Of a stretch of DNA of 64,000 bases, positions 23,499 through 36,129 are shown piece after piece. Below the pieces are notes generated by a model. The model did not search any database. It worked only from the letters and a program-made list of their open reading frames with translations, and was not told the DNA's origin. Source of the stretch: Eledone cirrhosa (Eukaryota). The number at the start of each line of letters is the position of its first letter. The first letter of the stretch is position 1. The position numbers and the translations under genes were made by a program. The stretch lies in assembly GCA_964016885.1 (NCBI GenBank), contig OZ024741.1, positions 208,444,001 through 208,508,000 of the forward strand, in the 5' to 3' direction.

Positions 23499-24011
23499 CG
23501 AGGCAGCTTCAAAAAGTTTGTGGAAAAGGTACATAGCTAAAATTTATATGTATGGATTTTGATCTCAATACACCTGTTCGTTCTCGAACTAAAGTGTCAT
23601 AACATGTTCTAATATGAACACTTAAATGCATGTTGCAACTCAGCGCTGCAACCTAGCCTCCATCAAAACATCAAATTCATGGTGAAGCTAAGGTGGGAGA
23701 GCAGCCAAATCCTTGACGCTCTAGAGAAAGTTTATGGAGACAATACCCCAAAGATATCAACAACCTACAAATAGATAAGTCGTTTTAGAAGTGGAAGAGA
23801 GGAAGTGGATTATTCTCAGTTGAGGATGTAAAAGAGCTAAAATGGTTTAAATCGCATGGCCCTCAATTTTACACAGATGGACTTAAAGGCTGGTATCAAC
23901 GCTTGCAGAAATGTATTGACCTAGATGGAACATACGTTGAAAAATAAACATCATAATGTAAACCATTTTTTCCAACTGTCCTTTTTCCACAAACTTTTTG
24001 AAGCACCCTCG
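23499..24011 (+). mobile_element. Internally deleted mariner (Hsmar2/irritans-like)
   Basis: TIRs CGAGGCAGCTTCAAAAAGTTTGTGGAAAA / CGAGGGTGCTTCAAAAAGTTTGTGGAAAA; TA on the left. N-terminal IKFMVKL.WESSQILDALEKVYGDNTPK joined to C-terminal GLKGWYQRLQKCIDLDGTYVEK. Confidence 0.9.
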
Positions 24012-24024
24012 TTTATAATAAATT

Positions 24025-24150
24025 GCTGAAATGTCAAATAAAGTTTCTTGCTCAAGGACATAACTCATCGCCCAGACCTGGAATCGGATCGAACTCGCAA
24101 CCTCACGATTGTGAATACAACTTTCTAATCACTAAGCCAAGCATTTTAAC
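24025..24150 (-). mobile_element. tRNA-derived SINE fragment
   Basis: Minus-strand tggcttagtgatt, gagttcgatcc, ccttgagcaag. Confidence 0.65.
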
Positions 24151-24151
24151 A

Positions 24152-24409
<258 letters not shown>

Positions 24410-24410
<1 letters not shown>

Positions 24411-27400
24411 TTTCTTTATTTGCCACAAGGGCGCACAAGAAAAATAGACAATACAAAGACATATGCCGGGAATTTTACATACAGTCGTGTAAAAATATTG
24501 AAACAAACAATTATAACAATCGAAATCCCCAATAGGGGGGAAGTGCCACAAATGGGTTGTTTAATACCCCGTCGATAGAACAACCCTCAACTTCAGGAGC
24601 GTGTTGTGCAAGTGCTCCTTTCTTCCTTTTGCTATCTTCTTTAACCTACAGGCTTATACATAGAGAAGGGCCAATAACTCGGGCCATTTTTGCCACATTC
24701 ACCCACCTTTCAGTAAATTTACTGGGGTGCAGTGCCTCTCTCTCCATTCTCATTCTCCTTCTAAAGTGGTATCGGAAGAAGGGAATGAGTTGTTGTTCGG
24801 AGAGAAAGACATCTGTCCTCAGTCCTCTCAATCTCGTCCACCATGTAACCTATTTCACCATAGCCACTATACAGAGGAAAACCGCCTCTCTTTCGTTTTT
24901 GAAAGAAGTTGGCGGTTTGATCCTTACTATGGACTCGGCAGTCAACAGGATTTGTCCCATACGCGACAGAAGTTGTTCTGCGTAGTTCCACAGGTCGGTT
25001 ACGCCCGGGCAGTGTACAATTGCGTGCAAGAGGGTTCAATGTCCTGCACGCATCTTGGACACGTCCTCTTGGAAGGATGCCTGTCTGGGCGTCCGTGCCT
25101 GTAGATCTTGTCACGAACTGGTAGAGCTCCTCGGTAGCACTGCCAGGCCAGGGACCTCTGGAAGTTGTCCATAGATCCCACGCGGAAAGTCCTACGAAAC
25201 AGACTGGTGAGCTCATCGTCTTCGACGCCCAGAGTCTCTCTGAGCACGTCGTCGCCCTTGTAACGTACAATCCCTCTATAGAATGTCGAAGTGGAGTCTC
25301 CACTGATTGCTCTGCTCGCTTGCCAGTGGACTGTGAGCGCCTGAGCGCATTCAATGTGCCAGGTGCCCATCGTTTTCGGTCTTTTCTTGACCCAGGACTG
25401 CAGCTCCGTCAGCGAGACGAGCTGCGGGAAAGCCTGTCCCACACACGATGCCCACACCGGTTGGGGGTCGGTGAAGAATACCTGGAGATTCCACAGCCTC
25501 AGCGCATATTTCCGCATCATCAGCCACGCCATTCCCAGCTCTCCGTTGGAATGTTGCTGTCAGCAGACGGATCTCCTCACCAGCAGAGCCTGCTTCTTCC
25601 ACAGAAACTGGAAGAGCATGCGTTCCATCTTGGTGAGGTATTCACGGAGACAAGGCACAACAGTCAAGCGGTAGTAGATGAGGGATGCTATGAAAGTGTT
25701 CGCCACCTCCGCTCGACCTTTCAAGGACAGTTTGCATTCTGCCCACTTCTGGGTGAGTGCAAACACCTTGGCCGTGACCTCGTTCCAGTTTTTCTCCACC
25801 TGGAGGTCTGGACCGAACCAGACCCCTAGCAATTTCACCGATCCGTCCGTCCAGCGTCCAACGACGTTGTCGGACGTCATCGGTTTGCCTCTCCACGTAC
25901 CGAGTTGCAAACCGACAGACTTGTCCGGGTTTAGTTTTGGTCCCCTCAGCGTTTCGTATTCTTTCAGTAAGTTGCTGATCACCCCGATTTTCGAGATGCT
26001 CGACACCATTACCGTCACGTCATCGACATAAGTCGACGTCGCTTTGCGCAGTCCCGGTTCTAGAGGGATGCCCTACAACAGCTCCAATTTCCGCAGTAGT
26101 GGCTCTAGAGTCAATACATACAGAATGGAGGAGAGAGGGCATTTCTGTAGAATGGAACGCGTGATTGCGAACGGCTCCGATAGGTAGCTGTTCACCTTGA
26201 CCCTTGAGTAGATGCTGGTCTGCATCGCCTCGATCCAGCTTCTGGAAACGGGACCGAAACCGGCCGCCTTGAGAACCGCTTCCAATGTATCGCATGAGGT
26301 GGAGGTTGTCGTGTATGGAAGTGGTCGGGATTGCACACGTTTGCGCTTTCCCTACCAGGTTCTCGACGACAAGCGCGAACCTGGTCGCTAGCACCTTGGC
26401 CAAAATCTTTAACTCTGCATTGAGCAAATTTATGGGCCTGAAGTTGTTAATTTCGTCCCCTTTTTCTCGTCTTTCCTAATCAGCGTTAGGACGCCCTTGC
26501 CTGAAGAACTGGGAATTCTCCCGTTCTGCTGCCAATTGCAGTAGACGGCTTCGAGGACGCCAGAGAACAAGTCCGGCATGCCTATGTAAAACTCCTAGGG
26601 TAGACCATCTAGACCGGGTGACTTACGTTTCCCGCAGCGGCCCAGAGCGTCCCGTATCTCAGTGTCCGTGATCGGTCTTTCGCAGAACTCGGCGTCTGTC
26701 TTCGAGAGACGTGGCAGGCCGTCGAGTTATGAACTAAGGTCCATTGCCCCGTTCGGCTCACCGTCGTTCTGCTCAAACAGTCACGCAAATTGCTGCTGAA
26801 AGACCGCGCACATTTACTTGGGGTCAAGTAGCACGCGTCCGTTTAGGTCTTTCAAAGACCGAATCGTGGACTTGTTGCAACTTTTTGCCTCCGCCACTCG
26901 AGCCCAGCTGACAGCTTTCGCTCTTTCGTTTCCTAGAGCACGTGTTTTGCTTCTGACCACGCAGCCTTCGTGTTTCGCGTCGAAGAACTGGCCCAGTGCC
27001 GTTCTCGACGCTAACACTCTAGCCGCGTTGCCACTTCTAAGTGCCTTCTCTACCTTGGCTACTAGTTCTCTTTCTATTTTGTTTTACTCTAAGGCTAACT
27101 CTCTGTTAAACCCTATCGATTCTACTCTAATTGCTTTCTTGAGAGAGTACCACCATCTATTGCTGCCGATGGCTTCTGTTAATTGTTGCTTGAGTAGTCC
27201 ACTTATCCGTTCACTGTAAGCTTTACGTGCCGGCAACGACACGTTCAGTTTCCAGTATCCGGATCCCTGTCTAAGTGTTCTATCACGGTTGACTATGCAG
27301 ACGACTAATTTGTGATCTGAATAGGCAACCATGTACATTTGTGGATAGCTTAACATCTCCCTGTCCCTTTCTCTAATTAAGAACCTATTTAAATACGATC

Positions 27401-30020
27401 TAGATGTCCCGCTGCGGTTTGCCCACGTCCACTGTGGTGTAATCGGGAAATCCAGTTGAATATATATCGGCCAGTTGGAATTGGCCGATTAAATTTTTGA
27501 GGCTGATGCACCCCGCTCTACTGGGACATGATCCTACATAGTCCCATCGTGCATCTAGGATATCATTCCAGTCCCCCACTTAAAGCAACGAGCGAGACGT
27601 TCCCAGAAAATACTCTAGACGCTTAAAGAAGTCTGGCCGCGAATGTGATTGCCCAGTCGGGGCATAAACGGCCACCAGTCTGAAGGCTCCACCTCCAACA
27701 CTGTTCACGTCTAAGACTACCAGTCGACCCTCCGGGTCCAAATGTACTTGCTGTACTTCGATGTCCAGGTTTTTCCGAAACATGACAGCTACTTCCCCTT
27801 CACCTCCTGGCTGATAGAGCGATGCGTAGATCTCAAAGTCATTGAAGATGGCGGTTAGTTGCTGCCTGTTGTGGATCCTGGACTCGGTGATGGCTATTAC
27901 ATCTATACCGTGTAACCTAAGGTCGTTTAAAAGTTGGCCCTATTTCCAGGGCATCCCTAGGCCACGCACATTCACGCTTCCAACTCGTAAGTCAGACATG
28001 TTGGTGGAGAAGAGTTGGCCAAAAGGACGAAAAGGTGCACTTACCTTTTCGTTTCCTGGAGATCGGGTTGTTCAATCTCCGTTTCAGTTCTGGTGGGGAT
28101 GTTGAGTGGGGTGGGGAAACATTTCAACAGGACACGGTTTTTGGTTATTGGCAGGCGTTGCCAACGTCCTGTGAAAATTGTTCTTTCAATTTCTGATAAA
28201 TTTCTATCGAAACCCTTATTAGTTTTAGGTGTGGTTGAGAGTCTGCTTTGACAAAGGTTTTCCCCTCAGTTTCCACTTTGGGGTCCTGTGAGATGACCTC
28301 CATCAAATTTTTGTTGTTGGTGTTGATGTATGTATATTGTTGTTTTTGTTTTGGTTGTGTTGTTTTAGTTTGTTGTTCGTCTGTGAGTTTTCTTTTTTGT
28401 GTTTGGGGTGGTGTTGGTGTTTGTTTTGTTGGTAGGGGAGGCTTGGTTGTGGTGTTGTTTGTGTTGTTGTTTGTGTCTGTGGTTTTGTGTTGGTGTTGGT
28501 TATTGGAGTTTTGGGGGTTTTGTGGTGTCTTTTTATTTTTTGGATTTCCGAGGATCTCCTTCTTCTTCGCTTAAAGAAAAAGAAGCAGCCTCATCTGTTA
28601 ATGAATAATCATCATCAGGAGTGTGGGGTAGGGGTATGATGTGTGGTGATGGTGTTTTGGTGTGTGTGTTTGTGGTAGTGTTGGATTGGGTGGGGTGGGG
28701 TGGGGTTGTGTTATTCAGGGGTGCTGTCTGTGTTATTTATGTTGTTTGTGGTTGAGCGGTTGTTTGTTTGGGTGTGTTTTCTTGTTTTGTGCGTTGTTGT
28801 TGTTGTGGTGGTGGTGATTGTTTTGGTGTTGGTAAAAGTACTTTTTTTATTATTTATTTGGAAAGGGCAGGAGGCTTTTAGGTGCGGTGTGCTTGCACAT
28901 CGAAAACAGTGTGGCTCTCCGCCTTCAGTGACAATGTTAATGTAATTTTGGTTGTCGACCAGCACTCTTTTGGGGATTTTGGAAATTCGTTCTGGTTTCA
29001 TTGGTATCAGAATTTCCAAATTTGTCCCTGCCCACCTTCGTCTGGTCGACTTCCTGACCGAAAGAATTGTGTCACTTTCTGGCTCTATGAACCCTGTTAA
29101 GATCCACCAAATGATGATGTTTGGTGGTATGTTATTTATTTTAATTTTTTGTGTTCTTTTTCCTATGTAAGTAGGGAAAAGGGGGGGGGGGGTTGTGATG
29201 ACTGGTGTAACAGAATGCTTTTGTGCGAGGGCCTCGCTTTTAAAAAGTACCGAAATACTTCCATATAGTCTGGCCCTCCGCATAAAATCAATGTCCGACA
29301 GAGCCTTTTTTCAAGGTGGTTTCAAATTCCCCTTGACTGAGGAATACCGGCTTTTTTATTTGGTTTGAGACAGTTCTGAAAGTTACCGTTCTTCGAACTG
29401 TTTCTTGTTTAATTTCCAAGGGTGAGTTTATTTGAAACCCACCCTTTTATTCAAATGTTATAAATTGTCTCGCATCAGACAACATCTGTGTTGAATTCTT
29501 TATGTTCCGTTTTTTTTTTTTGTTACAATCTGTGCGAATGTTGTTTTTTCAGTTTTTGTTGTTTCTGTTGCTTTTTTCGTGTGTAGTTGTGTCAATTGTT
29601 TCAATTTCTGCATTTTCTGTATTTTTTGGTGTCTGTTGTGGGCTGTTATTTTCATCTTTTGTTGCGCAAATATCCATTTCTTTACGAAACGAAGTTTTGT
29701 TGTTGCTTGTCTCCATAGATACTTCTATGGAAGCAGAGGGAGATATAATGCTTATATCTGCCTCTTTCCCTCTCTTCTCGCTGTCTAGTGTTCTCTGTAA
29801 GTCACACATTATTAAAGTTAGGAACATTTTAAAACTTCTCAATAATTTTTTTAATTAAATTTTCGTCCCACAGGGGCGAAAACTGAGATTGCCACTCAAC
29901 TGACAATTTAGCCTGGGTGTTATTCTATCAAACAATATAAATTTTCACACAGTAAATTTTGTTTTTGTGTAGAAAATTTTATAAAAACTTACCAACGATC
30001 TATCGCACGTCCGGTCGATA
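24410..30020 (-). mobile_element. Tx1-like (L1 group) non-LTR retrotransposon, full-length but degenerate, inserted in (GATA)n
   Basis: ORF1 zinc knuckle CFRCASTPHLKASC (28711-29283). ORF2 starts 27999 (GSVNVRGL, AVYAP, YSDHK, GYWKLN), RT pieces, C-terminal CPRC. 3' end cccttgtggcaaataaagaaatc plus (CTAT)n; (GATA)n on both flanks. Confidence 0.88.
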
Positions 30021-30788
30021 GAGAGGGAAATAGATAGATAGATAGATAGATATGTGTGTGTGTAGCTATAGAGTTGGAAAGAAGGATTGATAGGCAGGTA
30101 TTTGTTGTTATGCCTGCATGTCGTTCTATATATGTATCTACTTATTTGTGTGTGCTGACATTAATTAAACAAAAAATCGAGTACTAAAACAGGGTCCCTC
30201 CCAAAACTGTTGACCTGTGTTATCTCCCACTTCTCCACGACGACCATCACTACCAATATTTCTGAATGTCAGTATCAATTAAACCAAAGGTTCTCAACGG
30301 GGGGCATGTGCACCCCAGGGGCGTTTCGGAACTCCAGGGGGGGCATTTGGGAGCAAGGTCGCGTTAGGGGGCGTTTGGATATTGAGGGGGAGGGGGCTAA
30401 GGGGCGCTGGAAGACTCTTTACTTTGGTAAGTTTTATAAGCCATATTTGTATGTCTTTGAGAGAGCCAGTGTGAATGCATTTGAATGAGCTTGCAGACTG
30501 CATAACTATAGTCTGACCGCAGCTGTGAGCAGGTGTGCAGGCATGTCTAGACATTAACCGGTAATTGAGATCCTAAAAATGAAAAAACCCTCAGTCATCT
30601 GGGTCAAAGGACACTTTGAGCGCAGCCAGTTAGAATCTTATCTTTCCTTCACCGATAACAAGGTATTTCATGTCTGAAATTATTGACTCAACCGTAATGA
30701 GTTAACACTATGTAGATCTATTTTATTCCCTATTGTATAAATAACATTACAAATAAAAAAAAGAAAGAAAACACAGAAGCGAGTAGCT

Positions 30789-31135
30789 CACACATCTAGG
30801 ACCACATACATCACATAAGCAGGTAATACACGCATCTAAGACCACATACAACACATAAACAGGTAATACATACATCTAGGACCACATACAACACATAATC
30901 AGGTAATACAAACATCTAGACCACATACAACACAATCAGGTAATACAAACATCTAGGACCACATACAACACATAAGGAGGTAATACACACATCTAGGACC
31001 ACATACAATACACAAGCAGGTAATACATACAGCTGGGACCATATGCAATACATAAGCAGGTAATACATACATCTAGGACTACATACAACACACAGGCAGG
31101 TAATACATACATCTAGGACCACATACAACACACAT
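30789..31135. repeat. ~40-bp minisatellite inside the hAT element
   Basis: About 8-9 units of aggtaatacatacatctaggaccacatacaacacataagc. Confidence 0.92.
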
Positions 31136-31139
31136 TGTA

Positions 31140-32197
31140 TCATGTGCTATGGACGACGCAAGAGCAATGGTCGGCCAACATAAGGGTTTCGTCATTCTTC
31201 TGAAGAGAGAAAATCTATCTGTATTTGCTGTTCATTGTGTCATTCATCGACAACACTTGGCTGCAAAGAAATTCAGCAAGCCTCTGAGCAAGTCCTTGAG
31301 CAAGGCCATTGATGTCATCAATTTTATCAAACAGCATTCCCTCAATGAACGAATTTTCCAGCAACTGTGCCAAGATAATGACGAAGAATTCATCAAGTTG
31401 CTCCTTCTTACTGAAGTGAGGTGGCTTTCAAAGGGCAAGTGCTTTACTCACTTTTTGAACTCTTCGACTCTATCATTGAGTTTCTGCGAGGACGCAACAC
31501 AGAACTGTACAAGAAAACCCTCGATGTGAGGCAAGACTGCGCCTACCTCACCAACATCTTCGACAAATGCAATAGCATCATTTTGGCTTTGCAGGGGAAG
31601 AAGATCACCTTGCTTAAAGCAAGGAATGCTGTGAAAACATTCCTGGCCAAATTGAATGTCATCGAAAGGAATCTTTGTTGACGGGAATTCTATAATTTTC
31701 CTAGTGTCGCCAATGTTCAAAACATTGTAAGCGATGACCAACTCCAAATTTATACCACTCACCTCCGTGCGCTTCAAGACAACATGAGAGAACGGTTTGT
31801 CGACCTTTTGCCGATGGACATCTCAATGTGGGTAGCAGATGCTTTCATAGTTCACGTCGACGATTTGGATGTTAAATTTCAGGAAGAATGCATTGAACTT
31901 CAAGCAGATGACAAGATAAAAATTAGATTTCCCAAAATAGGTGAACCCCTTTTTGGGATGCAAGAGGAAATTCAGCGTTGATTTCCACACCTACATGCAG
32001 AGGCTAAGAGATTTGCTCTGCCTTTTACAAGCTCATACTTAGTCGAGAGGAGGTTTGGTGTTGTTTCCAGACTACACAGTAAGGATTGCAACCGCTACAA
32101 TGTAATTACACGTGGAGATCTCTGGCTAGATCTTAGGAATATTCAGCCTCACGTCAAAGAGTTAGCTAGACTCCATGAAGCTCAAGGGTCCAATTGA
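31140..32197 (+). pseudogene. hAT (Buster-type) transposase, C-terminal half, frameshifted
   Basis: DDARAMVG; VHCVIHRQHLAAK; TEVRWLSKG; AYLTNIF; LPFTSSYLVERRF. Confidence 0.9.
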
Positions 32198-32934
32198 AAT
32201 GAGTCAAAGTTAAAGTAAGTTGATTTATATGAAAACTTGGATATGCTATTGTTACAAAGCAAACTAACAATTTTTTTATTTGTAGTTGCAGTCTGACTGT
32301 ACTGGAAACCATCTACTACAATTCAATTACTCATTTGTTGTATATATTTTACCATTTATTAATAAATATACCCTCCCGCGTGGTCATGAAAACCCTCTTC
32401 CGTGGTCTCTAAGCTCACAAAGCTGGGGGACATCAAGTTTGATATCAACTTTTATTCTGTCCGTTTCATTAAAGGGAAAATTGGAAAGCTTTGAAATGAT
32501 ATAATTGCCACTTTCTTCCAGATAAGAGCACTCTTGGGATAGACAGAGTTGCTCTTGTATAAATGTTCAAAATAGCTGGTATCGCATGGTGGAATATAAC
32601 AAATTCAACTGGTCCTTATTCATAAAAAAGAACATTTATGTTCCTTTTTTCAAAATTTATATATTTCCTTTCAAGGAATGTATTTATACTCTCAGCTGCC
32701 TGAATATTGTTAATCAATTTTTTAGTAATCTGCTGATATCAAAATCAGTAGTATATTGAAAAATGGAAAAATAGGGTGGGGGGGGGGGTCGTTTCGTGAT
32801 TTCAAGGGACAAAAAGGGGCGTTTGGCCTAAATGGGTTGAGAACCTGTGAATTAAACAGCATAGTTAACACCATTTCATACTGAACAAAGGAAAGATGGA
32901 TGTCTCTCCAAGGCGTCTTATGCACATCCACCAC

Positions 32935-33482
32935 TATGCCCTGGCATATTCCGTAGAGCGACGCACAAAATACGTCCTTTTATTTCTTAAGTTCAACTCT
33001 CGCCGAGGTCAATTTTGCCTTTCATCTGCACACTGTTTATAACTCCCAGTGAAACGCTTACACGGATCTCACAAAATTTGTGACATTTGGCCTATGTTAC
33101 CATTACTGTTCTTCATTTTTTTACTATTCTTATTTAAAGATAAAGATAAATAATAAATAAAGAATTCATTATTATTAATAAAGAAATCATTATTGCATGT
33201 AAGTGATTCGTTAGAATATCGGACAGAACTCTTTGCGACATTTAGTTACGGCCCTTTATGTTCTAAGTTCAAATCCCGCCAAGGTTAGCTTTGCCTTTCA
33301 CCCTTACGGCGTCGATAAAATAAAGTACCAGTAATGCACTGGGGTCGATTTAATCGACTATCCCCTCCCCTTCAAATTGCTGGCCTTGTGCCTAAATCAG
33401 AAACCATTATAGGGCGGTGGATCGGCAGTATCGGTAGAGCGTCGGACAACATGCTTTGCAGCATAGCGTTACGGCCCTTTAT
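32935..33482 (+). mobile_element. Cluster of tRNA-derived SINEs (best copy 33195-33410)
   Basis: B box gttcaaatc; central gcctttcacccttacggcgtcgataaaataaagtaccag (Meta-domain-like); tail ccttgtgcctaaatcagaaaccattat. Confidence 0.75.
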
Positions 33483-33764
33483 GAACTGTTACTACATCTG
33501 TTTTGTTGTGTTGTAGGATATGGTTTGTAGATTCTGGTTTTATGTTGGTGTTTACTATGGCGTGTATAATAAGTGTAAGAGGAATCGTTTTGTTTTGCTG
33601 ATGCTCTAGTGTTGTGTATCGATTATGTTCGAGTATGTAGGACCTATGAGAAGGGAGAGCCAAGAAGGTCACACAGCAACCATGCAACATCCATTTTAAG
33701 AAAAATATTTGCTTTTCAAAATTTTTCTCGGAGGTCCTGATAGAGTATGTTATGTAATGTGATA

Positions 33765-33895
33765 ACGTGGTGTGTGGCTTAGTGGTTAGGTTGTTCGTCT
33801 CATGAGCGAATAGTCGTGAGTTTGATTCCCAGTGACGCATTGTGTTCTTAAAGAAAACGCTTTATTTCATGTTGCTCGAGTTTGTCCAGATCTGA
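33765..33895 (+). mobile_element. tRNA-derived SINE fragment
   Basis: tggcttagtggttagg..gagtttgattcc..ctttatttcatgttgctc. Confidence 0.65.
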
Positions 33896-34652
33896 ACACA
33901 GTTAATTTCTTCCAGATAAGGATAGACAAAACGAAATAGAGAGAGAGATGGGATGAAATATACTGGTATTATATTTACCGATATCCAAAGTTGACATCGG
34001 CGGGATTTAGACATGGAGCGCACTAAACCGAAACAAACACTGAGGCATTTAATCCGACTCCGTAATAACTCTGCTAATGCGCCGCCCTGTAATTGATAGG
34101 ATTTTAATACCCAACAGTGATTGTGTAGTGATGTTCCGTGTGATTGTGGTCATGTATTTAATGTGTAAGGATGTGATTGCGTAGATTATGTGCTGAAATA
34201 GTATATGTATATGGATCAAAGGAAGACCGAAAATATTGCCTCATTGTAACATCCGAGTAGATATTCCTGTGGGGGGTTGTAACTTAGTCATGGTGTTGTT
34301 GGCAACCGTTAGATATGTATGTCACAATAGCATAGTACTAGGTTTGATGTAATCAATCAGAACCCTTATCAAATGGTGCAGTTACACATACACACAAGCA
34401 CACACATCCAGTTATCTATCAATCCATACATATATATATATGCATACATACATACATACATACATACATACATACATACATGTATACATATATATACATG
34501 CATATACATAGACAGATAAGCGTATCTGTGAGTGTGTAAAGATCATTGCTAAAAAACTAAAACGACTAGCATTTAATGAAATACTAAATACATGAAATTA
34601 TATAGAATGAATTTTCTTTTTTCTATTATTGGCGCGTCGATTCAATGTGTAT

Positions 34653-34689
<37 letters not shown>

Positions 34690-34702
34690 CTAAGATAATC
34701 CG

Positions 34703-34747
<45 letters not shown>

Positions 34748-35196
34748 ATATATACACACACATACAGATTATCCATATGTGATGGGTGTATGTTCATGTG
34801 ACTCTGTGTGCATGCGTATGTGTATGCATGTCTGTGTATATGCGTGTATGTATATGTGAGTGGCATGTGTTGAGAATGTATATATGTGGTGGGTGTGCCG
34901 CTACTAAGGAGCTGCTAGTGAAAAGATAAATTTCTCTGATCCATTGTAACGTCCAGTTTGTGGGCGTTGCCTGGGAGAGCGGAGAGGGGGTTAGTTTGAA
35001 AGACGGAACACCTGGACATTACACCCCTTGTGTTTATCACCAGGCGGCGCCGTCTGTTTCACCGGAAACAATATAGACGGTGTACAGCTGAACATATTTC
35101 CTCGTTACATTCAGCGGTAGCGGGGTAACACGTTGATGGACATTAAAATATTGTTCCTGCCAAATATTAACGTCTTTCTTGGCGTTTACAATTAAT

Positions 35197-35197
<1 letters not shown>

Positions 35198-35252
<55 letters not shown>

Positions 35253-35267
35253 TAATAATAACAATAA
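35198..35267. repeat. (AAT)n microsatellite
   Basis: Direct reading. Confidence 0.95.
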
Positions 35268-35438
35268 ACGCACATGGTGGATATATATCGTTATGGAATC
35301 GCTCCCGTAAGTTTTTGATTTTTACTTATTTAAAACAACTATGATAGAATAATTCTTATTACAAATGAAATATAAGATTACAGTTTTTAACCCTCAGCAG
35401 GCAACAACGCATCACATTACAGCATAGGGCCCCAATAT

Positions 35439-35936
35439 TTAATATTTAATTTTGGATCAGAAATGTTATAGTCGAAAAAAGAGAAAATGGCTAAATGGAT
35501 AGACAGGCAAATAATTTCACCACCAACACCACCACCGCCACCATCACCACTACCACGCCAAAAACTATAGTCAAGTTATCTCAACTTGTATTTCTACTTC
35601 AACTTCAACACCATCACTACAGTACTACGACCACATCACCACCACCATTGCCTCCTTATCGCTACCGCCGCTATTCTCTCCCACTACCTCCTGCTAAGTA
35701 CTACTAGCACAGCACCACCACCACCACCACCACTGCCTCATTATCACTACGGCCGCTATTCTCTCCCACTACCTCCTGCTAATTACTACTAGCACATCAC
35801 CACCACCACCACTGCCTCATTATCGCTACCGCCGCTATTCTCTCCCACTACCTCCTGTTAAGACAGGCATCATAATCATCCCACTAAATGAGGAAGGCAT
35901 CAAAATATATAAATAGACTGATTTGATGACCCGGTC
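35439..35936. repeat. Unclassified interspersed repeat with internal ~75-bp tandem units; second copy at 45894-46193
   Basis: Both copies start ttaatatttaattttg.atcagaaatgttatagt and end catcaaaatatataaatagactgattt..tgacccggtc. Confidence 0.75.
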
Positions 35937-36129
35937 AAAAAATCAAAAAAAATCAAAAATCAAAATCAAAACAGCACAGCAGCAACGAAAAACGTAAAGA
36001 AAAGAAAAAAAGAAAAGAAAAACAAACAGACAGACAGACAAGCAAAAAAATCTAAGTCAGACATTCAAATGAAACTTATGCTTATTTTGAGGGGTTTTTA
36101 CCTATTTGTTTGTTTGTTTATTTATGTTC

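Larger units (their letters stand above)
30285..32849 (+). mobile_element. hAT transposon, Buster/Charlie-type, defective
   Basis: TIRs CAAAGGTTCTCAAC / CACAGGTTCTCAAC; identical 8-bp TSD aattaaac (30277-30284, 32850-32857) with central TA. Confidence 0.92.

Noticed and set aside
30789-31135. CRISPR-like periodic array
   Set aside because: Contiguous tandem units without unique spacers, in a eukaryotic hAT, with no cas genes.
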